Below the pieces are notes generated by a model. The model saw only the letters and a list, made by a program, of their open reading frames with translations, did not search any database and was not told the origin of the DNA. Positions 53,694-62,866 of a stretch of 64,000 nucleotides of DNA are shown here, piece after piece; the stretch's first letter is position 1, and every line of letters begins with the position of its first letter. This stretch comes from an uncultured Selenomonadaceae bacterium (GTDB lineage: Bacteria; Bacillota; Negativicutes; Selenomonadales; Selenomonadaceae). The translations under genes and the position numbers were made by a program. The stretch covers positions 3,740 through 67,739 of the forward strand of contig CALELM010000046.1 of the NCBI GenBank assembly GCA_937902665.1. Direction: 5' to 3'.

Positions 53694-55150
53694 TGGGGGA
53701 TTTTGAGCGTTCCTACGACAAGATGAAAAAGGCGTATGACAAGAAAAAATATGAGAAAGCACTGCAACTTTTGTCGAGAATGTGGGAGGAGAATGGGATT
53801 CCTGCGCAAAAGGAATGGATGTGCCATAATGCGGCAGGGCTGTCGTACTTTTTTCTGGGAGATATGAAGCGTTCCCTGCCGCACCTGAAGGCGGCGTGGG
53901 AAAATCCGGGAGATGCGGATCCTGCCACCTTGCGAAGAATCTACAGCAATTATTTGATGTACCTGCACTACCTTCCTGCGGTGACGGATGAGGAATTGGC
54001 GAAGGCACATTTTCACTATGCGGACTTCTTTTCGGATGTGACGAGATACATGCACAGGAAAAGGGAAAAGGAGAAGCTGAGGATAGGCTATATTTCTCCT
54101 GATATCGTGGATCATGTCGTGCTGAATTTTTCTATTCAGCTGTTTGCTTGCTATGATCGCAAACGCTATGAGGTGATTCTCTACAGCACAGGGAAGCGGA
54201 CGAATGAGGTGACGGACTGGGTCGCTTCCATGGTGAATGGCTTTCGTGATTTGTCGGGACTCCCTGCGGAGGATGTGGCAAAGAGGATCTACGAGGACGA
54301 GGTGGATATTCTCGTGGATTTGTCGGGACATTGCGAGGGTGGTTTTACGCTGGAGGCAGCTGCTTACAAGCCTGCGCCTGTGCAGATTTGCGGGATTGGG
54401 TATTTTGATACGACAGGACTTTCCGACTTTGATTACTTTTTGTCAGATGTTTATTGCGATCCTGCGGAAAATGACAGGCTCTTTTCCGAGAAGCTGCTTC
54501 GTTTGCCGCACAGTCACCTTTGCTTTACGCCATCGGAGCGTTTTCGGGATTTTGAGCGGAGCTATCAGGTTCACGATCCCATTGTGTTTGGCAGTTTCAA
54601 TAATTTTGCAAAAATTACGGATGAAATGCTTTTGGCATGGAAGGAAATTCTTGGGAGGGTTTCAGGGAGCAGGCTTCTTCTGAAGAACGTCATTCCCAGC
54701 AAAGGACCAATGGAGAGAATGAAAAAGCGAGCTATTTCTTTAGGCTTTCAAGAGTGCCAGCTGGATCTCAGGCCAGCGACACCGGATTACTTGAAGGATT
54801 ATATGGATGTGGATATCGTGTTGGATACCCACCCTTACCCGGGGGGCGGAACGACCTGTGAGGCTCTTTATATGGGAGTTCCTGTCGTTAACCTGCGCGG
54901 GACGAGGCACGGCGCAAGATTTGGGTATTCCCTGCTAAAAAATATGGGGCTTGAGGAGCTTTCGGCGTCCTCAATTGCGGAATATATTGATCTGGCCGTG
55001 GGACTTGCAGAAGATAAGGAGACTCTTGAGGCATTGCATGCGAGCCTTCGGGAAATGATGAAAAAATCTCCCGTGATGAATGCAAGGCAGTATGCTTGCG
55101 AGGTGGAGCAGGCGTATGAAATGGCATGGCAGGAATGGATGAAAAGCTAG
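53693..55150 (+). CDS. Single-module TPR-GT41-like glycosyltransferase
   Basis: LRIGYISPDIVDHV, PAPVQICGIGYFDTTGLSDFDYFLSD, HPYPGGGTTCEALYMGVPVV. The start overlaps the upstream stop (TGATG). Confidence 0.85.
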   Translation: MGDFERSYDKMKKAYDKKKYEKALQLLSRMWEENGIPAQKEWMCHNAAGLSYFFLGDMKRSLPHLKAAWENPGDADPATLRRIYSNYLMYLHYLPAVTDEELAKAHFHYADFFSDVTRYMHRKREKEKLRIGYISPDIVDHVVLNFSIQLFACYDRKRYEVILYSTGKRTNEVTDWVASMVNGFRDLSGLPAEDVAKRIYEDEVDILVDLSGHCEGGFTLEAAAYKPAPVQICGIGYFDTTGLSDFDYFLSDVYCDPAENDRLFSEKLLRLPHSHLCFTPSERFRDFERSYQVHDPIVFGSFNNFAKITDEMLLAWKEILGRVSGSRLLLKNVIPSKGPMERMKKRAISLGFQECQLDLRPATPDYLKDYMDVDIVLDTHPYPGGGTTCEALYMGVPVVNLRGTRHGARFGYSLLKNMGLEELSASSIAEYIDLAVGLAEDKETLEALHASLREMMKKSPVMNARQYACEVEQAYEMAWQEWMKS

Positions 55151-55257
55151 CAGGAATTTTTCCGTTGCTGTCGAATGTAAAAGTTGAACGTAAATGTGAA
55201 AAGTATTGATTGAAAAGTTATCGTATGATAATTGTCGCTTGAATGGAGGCTTTTGAA

Positions 55258-56163
55258 ATGGAAATTGAGATTACAGATGATATGTATCCGGGATATACCT
55301 TTGCAGAGAAGAAGGTATTGGCAGTGATGGACAGGCAGCTGTATACAGAGGCATTGAACTATATGCCGGATGTTTTGCAGCAGGAGGTGATGAAGCCGGA
55401 ATTCTTTTATCGTACTGCGTATTGTTATTTTATGCAGGGAGATTATGGAAGAGCGTCTAAATGGATAGATGATGCCCTTGGTGCTATGCCGGGAGATATC
55501 CAAACGTTGCTTTTGCTTGCAAAGATCTGCACGCTGTGCAATCGGAGTGAGGATGGTCTTGCTGTGCTTGATATGGTGGTAAAGAATGCAAAGGAACAGC
55601 TCAGTGGTACGCAGCAGGAAGAAATCAGGGATTGCTCTCTTGCGTTCCTGCGCAGGGACAAGGAGGCTGCAAGAAAGAATTATCCATCACTTGCAGAGTT
55701 CGTCCTGTCAGCGGAGGATGGTGCTGACGGAAAGAGTGCCAAGGCAATCCTGACGGCATTGAAGCAAAAGCTTGCTGCATCGAAGGAGCGGGAGGGCGAA
55801 GTCCCTGCGGAAAAGGTTGCTCCTGCGGAGAAAAAAGAAGCATGCACAGAGGAAGAAGCATGCCAACCAGAAGAAAAGAATGGTTGCGCTGCACAGGCAA
55901 AGGCAGATCAGATTCTTTCCATGGATCTTCCAGTAAAGGATAAGATTCGTCTTTTGAATCAGTTTGCGGGTGCTTTTTATTTCCAAGGCGATGCAAGGAG
56001 CGCAAAGGTACTGCTGACGGCTTCCTTGAAGCTGGATGCAGGGGATGGCACGTTGCGAAACATGGCGCTTGTTCTGGCAGAGCTTGGCGACAAGGAAAAG
56101 GCAATGCAGTTTGCGGCACAGATGAAGGAAACCAATTTCATGCTGTTGAAGTCGCTTCGTTGA
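55258..56163 (+). CDS. TPR-repeat protein with an acidic central linker
   Basis: Helical repeat pattern (FYRTAYCYFMQGDYGRASKWIDDAL...) and no catalytic motif seen. ATG at 55258 follows GGAGG. Confidence 0.55.
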   Translation: MEIEITDDMYPGYTFAEKKVLAVMDRQLYTEALNYMPDVLQQEVMKPEFFYRTAYCYFMQGDYGRASKWIDDALGAMPGDIQTLLLLAKICTLCNRSEDGLAVLDMVVKNAKEQLSGTQQEEIRDCSLAFLRRDKEAARKNYPSLAEFVLSAEDGADGKSAKAILTALKQKLAASKEREGEVPAEKVAPAEKKEACTEEEACQPEEKNGCAAQAKADQILSMDLPVKDKIRLLNQFAGAFYFQGDARSAKVLLTASLKLDAGDGTLRNMALVLAELGDKEKAMQFAAQMKETNFMLLKSLR

Positions 56164-56191
56164 TTCATTTTTTTATGGGAATGAAAAGCTT

Positions 56192-57466
56192 GTGCAGATA
56201 GTACAGAGTGATTGGGAGGTGAATGGGTTGGCAGGCTACATTACGGAACTGGCAGATTTTTTGCATGAAAATAAAAAAGAAATTTTACGGGCAGATGGCT
56301 TGAGGAAAAAAGAAATTCTGGAGGATTTGAGGAACTGCTTGGAGGCATTGCCTATAGAGTCCCTGCGATTGCTGCAGGCAGGAAATCCGGAAAGGGCATA
56401 TACCATGCTTAATGACTGGTATGATATATGTGAATCCTATCTGGGGAATGTTTCGTTTATTTATGGAAAATTGATTATTCCGGTGACTGTGGCACTTTCA
56501 CGGTATGAGAGTGCGGAACGGTATTGCAGGGCATGGATTGAGCATAGGTTAAGAGACGATGAAAATATATGGTTTTACTTGGGAAACGCTTATGCCGGAT
56601 GGGGCAAGAGACAAGAGGCGGTTTCAGCATATCAGGAAGCTTTGAAGCTGAAGGAAAACTTTAGGGAAGCGAGGGAAAACTTGCATGCTGTGCAGGAAAA
56701 TATGAAAGCAAGGCACTTTTTTCCGCAAGAGAACATACTTCGCTTCCAGCCAGAGGATTATCGCTCGATTCCAATTTTTATCAACTCAAGAGATCGAGTG
56801 GAATGTCTCCGCAAGCTGGTGGACTGGCTCTTGGAGGCAAGGTATGCGAATATTATTTTGCTGGACAATGCCTCGACCTATCCGCCTTTGCTTCGCTACT
56901 ATGATGAGATTTGCGCTCTGCCGCAGGTCAGGTGCATTCGTTTCCATGAGAATTTAGGTCATACTGCGCTATGGGATTCCGGCATTTTGGAGCAGATGCA
57001 GATTCATACGCCATACGTTTATACGGATTCAGATGTTTTGCCCGTGGAGGATTGCCCAAAGGAAATTCTTAGGGATATGGTTGGCATATTGAAACAGCAT
57101 CCGTATTTAGACAAGGTAGGACTGGGACTGAGAATAGACGATATTACTTACTATGATGCAGGGCGCAAGCAGGCATGGGAAAAGCAATTCTATCGCTTTC
57201 CGATGGAGGATGGGCTGGTATTCGCTCCTGTAGATACCACGTTTGCGCTTTACCAAAACATGCGTCACTATTCTTTATATGTTGCAGCACGAACAACAGG
57301 CAGGAGGATGGCAAGGCATTTGCCGTGGTATTATGACTACGATCATCTTCCTGAAGATGAAGCATATTACATGAAGCATGCAAATTCTTCGTCTACCTTG
57401 TCAAAGGAGGCAGGAAACAAATCGGAAGATCCGCTTAAAAATTACAGGTGGGTAGGATTCTTTTGA
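56192..57466 (+). CDS. TPR plus GT-A-like (DxD) putative glycosyltransferase, paralog A
   Basis: IPIFINSRDRVECLRKLVDWLLEARYANIILLDNASTYPPLLRYYDE...YVYTDSDVLP...ARHLPWYYDY. The fold assignment is inferred. The start codon is uncertain (tracked GTG). Confidence 0.5.
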   Translation: MQIVQSDWEVNGLAGYITELADFLHENKKEILRADGLRKKEILEDLRNCLEALPIESLRLLQAGNPERAYTMLNDWYDICESYLGNVSFIYGKLIIPVTVALSRYESAERYCRAWIEHRLRDDENIWFYLGNAYAGWGKRQEAVSAYQEALKLKENFREARENLHAVQENMKARHFFPQENILRFQPEDYRSIPIFINSRDRVECLRKLVDWLLEARYANIILLDNASTYPPLLRYYDEICALPQVRCIRFHENLGHTALWDSGILEQMQIHTPYVYTDSDVLPVEDCPKEILRDMVGILKQHPYLDKVGLGLRIDDITYYDAGRKQAWEKQFYRFPMEDGLVFAPVDTTFALYQNMRHYSLYVAARTTGRRMARHLPWYYDYDHLPEDEAYYMKHANSSSTLSKEAGNKSEDPLKNYRWVGFF

Positions 57467-57574
57467 AGAAATACCGAAAAAGTGGAATACAGAAAATGTG
57501 TAGGAACGAAGTAAGACGATTGTTCGTGGAATGTGAGTGACGGGACTAGTGAAATGGCATGAGGGGAAAAGTGC

Positions 57575-58825
57575 ATGGAAAACTATGACGAAGCTTTTGT
57601 TAACTGCCTGTGGGAGCAGGGAATGTTTCGCAGGGAGGATATTGCAGGGAAGGATTGTTTGGTGATTGGAGGCGAATATTGCTTAGGCAATGAGTCGTTT
57701 CCGGCGGAGATGAACAGGAGGTTGTTGCGTCTGGGGGCAAAGAATTGCCACAATTTAGTTTTGTTCAGTCATTTGCATATGGAGTCTTATTTGGATCTGA
57801 CGGATGTGCAGGAAGCCGTTGGCGGGGTGCGGTACGATTTTCTTGTGGTTTTGAGCGGTATGGAAACAACGAGAAATATTGTGGATGGGGTTCGGAAGCT
57901 GGGCAGAATATGCACCCCTGCTGCAAAAATCTTGGTGATTGCCCGTACCCCAAAGGATATCTCCACGAAGCATAAGCTGGCATGGTACGAGGACTGCTGG
58001 CGTTTTGATGCAAAGGATTTGGAACGTATTTTCAGCGGTGCGATGGGGCTTTTGTGTGCAGAGGACGAAGCAGGCGAGTATGTTGCCATGCTTTTGGAAG
58101 TGCCGTCCAACGGGTGTATTCTCCCTGCGGAATCGCAATGCCTGTACTATGTGCCGGCAGGGGAAAGAATGCTGACAGGGGATATGGGAAAGTATGGCTT
58201 TTTTCGAGATGAATCCCATCTGGATTGTGTCGGAATTAGATATCGTACGGACAAGTGCAGCTTGGACCACAACTATTTAAAGAAATATGAGCTTTTTTTG
58301 GAACGTTATCGGACGAAACAGATTCGTTTGCTGGAACTTGGAGTGTTCATGGGAAGCAGCTTGCAGATGTGGAAGGAATACTATCCGCAAGGTGAGATTT
58401 ATGGCGTGGATATCATGGACTTCTGCAAGCAATTCGATGGGGAGCGGATTCATGTCCTGCAAAGGGATTTGTCAAAGCCGGATGAGGTAGCAGCTTTGAG
58501 GGAGATTCATCCGGATATCATTGTGGATGATGCGTCGCATGTCACAAGCCATCAGATTTTGGCATTGTTTACGTTGTTTGATTGTCTGCCGAGTGGTGGA
58601 ATTTATATTATCGAAGATATGGAAACATCATTGAATATAAATCTTTTTCCGGGATATGTTGATACGGAGCTGACGGCTTATGAGGTCTGTTCGAGGATTG
58701 CAGAAATCGTGGCACGGAAGAGTCCTGTGATGGAGGGACCATACAGCGAGGAGATCAACCGCATTGGAATGATGACGGAGATGGTATCCATCATGAAGGG
58801 AAGCTGCATTTTTATTAAGCGGTAA
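57575..58825 (+). CDS. Class I SAM-dependent methyltransferase (sugar O-methyltransferase-like) with an extra N-terminal Rossmann-like half
   Basis: The C-terminal half has DKCSLDHNYLKKYE...IRLLELGVFMGSSLQMWKEYYPQGEIYGVDI...DIIVDDASH. The SD is GAGGGGAA. Confidence 0.6.
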   Translation: MENYDEAFVNCLWEQGMFRREDIAGKDCLVIGGEYCLGNESFPAEMNRRLLRLGAKNCHNLVLFSHLHMESYLDLTDVQEAVGGVRYDFLVVLSGMETTRNIVDGVRKLGRICTPAAKILVIARTPKDISTKHKLAWYEDCWRFDAKDLERIFSGAMGLLCAEDEAGEYVAMLLEVPSNGCILPAESQCLYYVPAGERMLTGDMGKYGFFRDESHLDCVGIRYRTDKCSLDHNYLKKYELFLERYRTKQIRLLELGVFMGSSLQMWKEYYPQGEIYGVDIMDFCKQFDGERIHVLQRDLSKPDEVAALREIHPDIIVDDASHVTSHQILALFTLFDCLPSGGIYIIEDMETSLNINLFPGYVDTELTAYEVCSRIAEIVARKSPVMEGPYSEEINRIGMMTEMVSIMKGSCIFIKR

Positions 58826-58923
58826 GAGATGGTGAGTGGGGTGCTTAACATATCTTTTGTGACAAGTGAAAATTGCGTTGTTCGGGCGTGGTGGGCGGAA
58901 AGCAATACAGAGGAGGGAGAAGG

Positions 58924-60075
58924 ATGGAGAAACTGGCGCTGGAGGATTTGAGGCAGGCGTATGAGCTGGCAGAGAAAAACTATGATATTGAAGGACGTGC
59001 TGCTTGCATGCTGGCGGCGTTTGAGATGGTTTTGGAAGATCCTTCTCTGGAGGCTTTGGATGCGGGGAAATTTTTTTCGGAGCGGGTGAAGGTTTTTTTG
59101 TTAGCTGCCTTGGATTATCTGCAAAAAGGGAATGGAAGGCTGGCCCGTTACTATCTTTCACAAATGGATGAGGAGGTCTTGGCTGGTTCGGCATGGTTTC
59201 CGTGCTATGCATTTTATTTGGCGTGGGCATACGACCTTCTGGGCAAGGAGGAGACCGCCAAGGACTATTTGGAGAAGTACCTAAACGCTTTTCCAAAGGA
59301 TGTACTGGCGATGCAGAACAGAAGGCTCTTTCAGCAGAGAGAGCAGAGGCAGTGGCAGAGAAGCTTGTCTTTGGAGCATGCAAAAACAGCCTATCGTGAG
59401 ATACCTATTTTTATCAATTCAAGGGATCGTTTGGCATGCTTGCAGGAGCTTGTTTGCTGGCTTGTGGAAGCAGGTTATCGGTACATCATTATTTTGGATA
59501 ATGCATCCACATACGCTCCGCTTTTGCGCTATTATGAGGAAATTCAAAAGCTGGGAATCAATGTGGTTTTGCTGGAAAATCTTGGGCATCGGGCAATTTG
59601 GGAAAGCGGTATTCTGGATCAGTTGGATATTCAGGGACCATACGTCTATACGGATTCGGATGTTGTGCCGGGTGATGCATGCCCTAAGGATTTTCTGCGA
59701 AAGTTTTTGGAAATTTTAAAGCGTTATCCGTATCTGCAAAAGGTAGGGAATGGGCTGTTCTATGAGGACGTGACCTATTTTGATCGGGAAGCCACGAAAA
59801 AAATTGAGTCGAAGCACTATAAGATTCCTTTGGAACAGGAGGTCTTTTTTGCGGACGTAGATACGACGATGGCACTTTATCGAAATGCAAGGCATTACCT
59901 GCGAGGACCTGCGGCAAGGGTGGCAGGAGACTGTCGGGCAAGGCATCTGCCGTGGTATTATGACTATGGGAATCTTCCCGAGGATGAGCGATACTATATG
60001 GAGCATGCCGGCAATTCTTCCTCCATGAAGGAACTTAGCTGGAAGGCATGGAAAGCGAGACAGGAAAATGGATGA
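58924..60075 (+). CDS. TPR plus GT-A-like (DxD) putative glycosyltransferase, paralog B
   Basis: IPIFINSRDRLACLQELVCWLVEAGYRYIIILDNASTYAPLLRYYEE...YVYTDSDVVP...ARHLPWYYDY, collinear with 56192-57466. Confidence 0.5.
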   Translation: MEKLALEDLRQAYELAEKNYDIEGRAACMLAAFEMVLEDPSLEALDAGKFFSERVKVFLLAALDYLQKGNGRLARYYLSQMDEEVLAGSAWFPCYAFYLAWAYDLLGKEETAKDYLEKYLNAFPKDVLAMQNRRLFQQREQRQWQRSLSLEHAKTAYREIPIFINSRDRLACLQELVCWLVEAGYRYIIILDNASTYAPLLRYYEEIQKLGINVVLLENLGHRAIWESGILDQLDIQGPYVYTDSDVVPGDACPKDFLRKFLEILKRYPYLQKVGNGLFYEDVTYFDREATKKIESKHYKIPLEQEVFFADVDTTMALYRNARHYLRGPAARVAGDCRARHLPWYYDYGNLPEDERYYMEHAGNSSSMKELSWKAWKARQENG

Positions 60076-61489
60076 TGAGGGAATGAAAACAGATTGGCGG
60101 CAGATGGCTCGGCAGGCAGAGGAGGCCGGCCGCTACGGCTTGGAGGAACTTTTTTTTCAGCAGGCATTGACTTTTGGCTCGCAGGAGCAGGAGCTTTTGG
60201 AAGCGTATGGGGAGTTTCACGCAAGACAGGAACGGGAGAGCTGCGTTTTTTTGCAAGCAATCTATGAGGAGCTGGATGCTTGCTTGGACGGCTCGAACCT
60301 GCAGCTGCTGTTGGAGGCATACACTGCCTGCAATGCCTTGCTGAACAGGAATGTGTCTGCTGTCCGCTTGACAGAGGATTGGGATCCCGTGACCAAGGCT
60401 CTGTATGATGAATTGCAGAGACTGGAACGGTTGATTTTTTATTTGGCAGGGACGAAGGAGTGGTCGCTCCTGCCGCAGGAGCTGGAGAACTTTCCGGAGG
60501 ATGAGCAGGAACTTTGGCAGGCTTTGCGGGACAGCAGGAGGGAGAAGATCCTTCGGCAGATGAATATGGTACAGGTTGCTGAGCAGCCATTGGTCAGCAT
60601 TATGATACCGACCTATAACTTGCCGGAAGTCTTTGAAAGGACGATGCGTAGTGCCGCCATACAGGATTATCCCAATCTGGAGATCCTCGTAGCAGACAAC
60701 AGCACTAACGAGGAAACGGCGGAGCTGATGAAGTCATACGAGGGAGATGCCAGAGTCCGCTATCTTCGGAATCCGTCTGCAAGGAGCAAGGAAGAGAATT
60801 TTGCTGTTTTTGAGAAGATGGCAAGAGGAGAGTACCTGCAATGGCTGATGCATGACGACATTCTTTTTCCGGGCAAGGTTCGCAGGATGGCGGCAATTCT
60901 CCGTGACAATCCGCAGGTTTCCTTGGTTGCTTCCCAGCGTGCCGTGATCGATGGGCGAGGAATGGTGATGGATTGTTCCAAAATTTTTCCGGAAATTGCG
61001 ATTGCCGGTGAATGTCAGTCCTTTGCGGGTGAGGAGCTTGGCGCAAAGATGCTTGGCATGGCAGTCAATGTGATAGGGGAGCCATCCGCCGTATTGTTCC
61101 GCAGAAGGGATTTGCAGAACCATTACTGGCATGCGGGGTGCAAGGGCTATGTCGTGATTTCAGATGTTGCTATGTGGCTGGAGCTTTTGGGAAAAGGTGA
61201 TGCGGCAATCTTCAAGGAGTCACTGAGCGGTTATCGAAGGCATGGGGCGCAGGAGGGGCAGAGGGCGGATATTTGCCTGCTGAGCCGTTTGGAGTGGTAT
61301 CGTTTGATGCAGGAATGCTTGCAGGAAAAAAGGATTCTTTCCTCATGGAAGCAGTGTATTCCTGCGATGGATTCGTTTATCAAAGAGTACGATGTATTTC
61401 ATATGTTCAGCTTGTGTGTTGGCGGTGCGTTGTCCGAGGAATACGAGAACATGATGGAGGAAATACGGAAGCTGAGGGCGACCTTGTGA
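60068..61489 (+). CDS. GT2-family glycosyltransferase with an N-terminal helical extension
   Basis: VSIMIPTYNLPEVFERTMRSAAIQDYPNLEILVADNSTNEET...WLMHDDILFPG. Confidence 0.8.
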   Translation: MDDEGMKTDWRQMARQAEEAGRYGLEELFFQQALTFGSQEQELLEAYGEFHARQERESCVFLQAIYEELDACLDGSNLQLLLEAYTACNALLNRNVSAVRLTEDWDPVTKALYDELQRLERLIFYLAGTKEWSLLPQELENFPEDEQELWQALRDSRREKILRQMNMVQVAEQPLVSIMIPTYNLPEVFERTMRSAAIQDYPNLEILVADNSTNEETAELMKSYEGDARVRYLRNPSARSKEENFAVFEKMARGEYLQWLMHDDILFPGKVRRMAAILRDNPQVSLVASQRAVIDGRGMVMDCSKIFPEIAIAGECQSFAGEELGAKMLGMAVNVIGEPSAVLFRRRDLQNHYWHAGCKGYVVISDVAMWLELLGKGDAAIFKESLSGYRRHGAQEGQRADICLLSRLEWYRLMQECLQEKRILSSWKQCIPAMDSFIKEYDVFHMFSLCVGGALSEEYENMMEEIRKLRATL

Positions 61490-61508
61490 AGCTGTGGGGA
61501 GTGAGAGA

Positions 61509-62735
61509 ATGATTCATGTTTGCTATGCGTTATGCGATCGAAAGGGGACGTACAGCAAGTTTGCAGGGACGAGCATGTGTTCCTTGCTGTTGAATACGGA
61601 CGCTGAGGTGATGCTTCATCTGCTGCATGACGATACGTTGACGGAGGAGAATCGCCTTTTGTTTGAGAAGCTGGCAAAGGAGCATGGAGCAGAGCTTCGT
61701 TTTTATCCTGTGCAAAGCCTCGCACCAAGGCAGATAGAATTTTTGGAACGGGAGATTGCGGGCTTTTCGGAATCAAGGTTCAGTCCGGCGACTGTTTACC
61801 GGTTGATGGCGGGCATGCTTTTGCCGAAGGAGATCGAGAGATTGATCTACTTGGATGCAGATACGGTTGTGAACTTAAATATTCGGGAGCTGTGGGAACA
61901 GCCCTTGCAGGGTGCGCCCTTGGCGGTTGTTTCGGAGCGGGAGGCAACCCTTGGGTGTCCTGCCCAGCAGTATCTTGTGGATTCCGGCATGGTGCCTGCG
62001 GACAAGTATTTCAATGCAGGGGTACTCCTGCTCGATATGAACGAATTCCGAAAAGCGGAGAATATTTTGCAAGATGGCGTAAGGCTCTTGCAGGAGAATC
62101 CGCAGTGCTTCTGCTACGATCAGGATATCCTGAATTTCTTTTTTGCGAGGGATGCCCGTCTGCTTGGGAGGGAATTCAACGATTTTGTCGTGTCGGAGCG
62201 TTACCGAGGGACAGGAAGGGCAGAACAGCATATTTATCACTACGCAGGCAAGGCAGCAGATGTTTTTGTCATGGATGAATATGTAAAGCTGTTCCTGCAT
62301 TATTTTACCAAAACGCCTTGGTGGAATGGGAAGCTGGCAGAACGGCTGTTTCAAGGTATGGTAGATTCCTTTGAGGCGAGAAAGCAGACGCTGTGCCGCC
62401 AACTGGATTTTGCGGCAGGAAAGCGCAGGATATTTTATGGGGATGCAGGCATGGAGCAACAGTTGAAGGAACGGTTCCGCCTGAACGAAAAGGATCTTTG
62501 CCGCAATATAGTAGGAGCGGAAGGAAGCTTGGATGTAGGATCTCTTTTGCGGTGGATGAGCGAGCAGGAAAATGCGGTGCATATTTTTTTCTTGGATATC
62601 TATGATGATCTGAAGCCGTATCTTGAACGAAAGGGATATCAGGAGGATATCGACTTTGTGGACGGCAGGCAGTACCTTTTGGCAGGAGATGGCGGCTGGC
62701 AGCTTTGTGGCGTGGAGTTTTTCGAGGATCTGTGA
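61509..62735 (+). CDS. GT8-family glycosyltransferase (LPS glucosyl/galactosyltransferase-like)
   Basis: IHVCYALCDRKGTY..., RLIYLDADTVVNLNIRELW, KYFNAGVLLLDMNEFR. Confidence 0.85.
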   Translation: MIHVCYALCDRKGTYSKFAGTSMCSLLLNTDAEVMLHLLHDDTLTEENRLLFEKLAKEHGAELRFYPVQSLAPRQIEFLEREIAGFSESRFSPATVYRLMAGMLLPKEIERLIYLDADTVVNLNIRELWEQPLQGAPLAVVSEREATLGCPAQQYLVDSGMVPADKYFNAGVLLLDMNEFRKAENILQDGVRLLQENPQCFCYDQDILNFFFARDARLLGREFNDFVVSERYRGTGRAEQHIYHYAGKAADVFVMDEYVKLFLHYFTKTPWWNGKLAERLFQGMVDSFEARKQTLCRQLDFAAGKRRIFYGDAGMEQQLKERFRLNEKDLCRNIVGAEGSLDVGSLLRWMSEQENAVHIFFLDIYDDLKPYLERKGYQEDIDFVDGRQYLLAGDGGWQLCGVEFFEDL

Positions 62736-62866
62736 CGGAATTTTGGGAGAGCTGGGAAAGCATTTGCGCGTTGCGATGACGAAATATTTTCGGATGGATA
62801 GAAAATTTCATGCACATGGGGTAAAATGGCTGTAGGAAAACTGATGGAAGGATGCGATGAAAGAAA

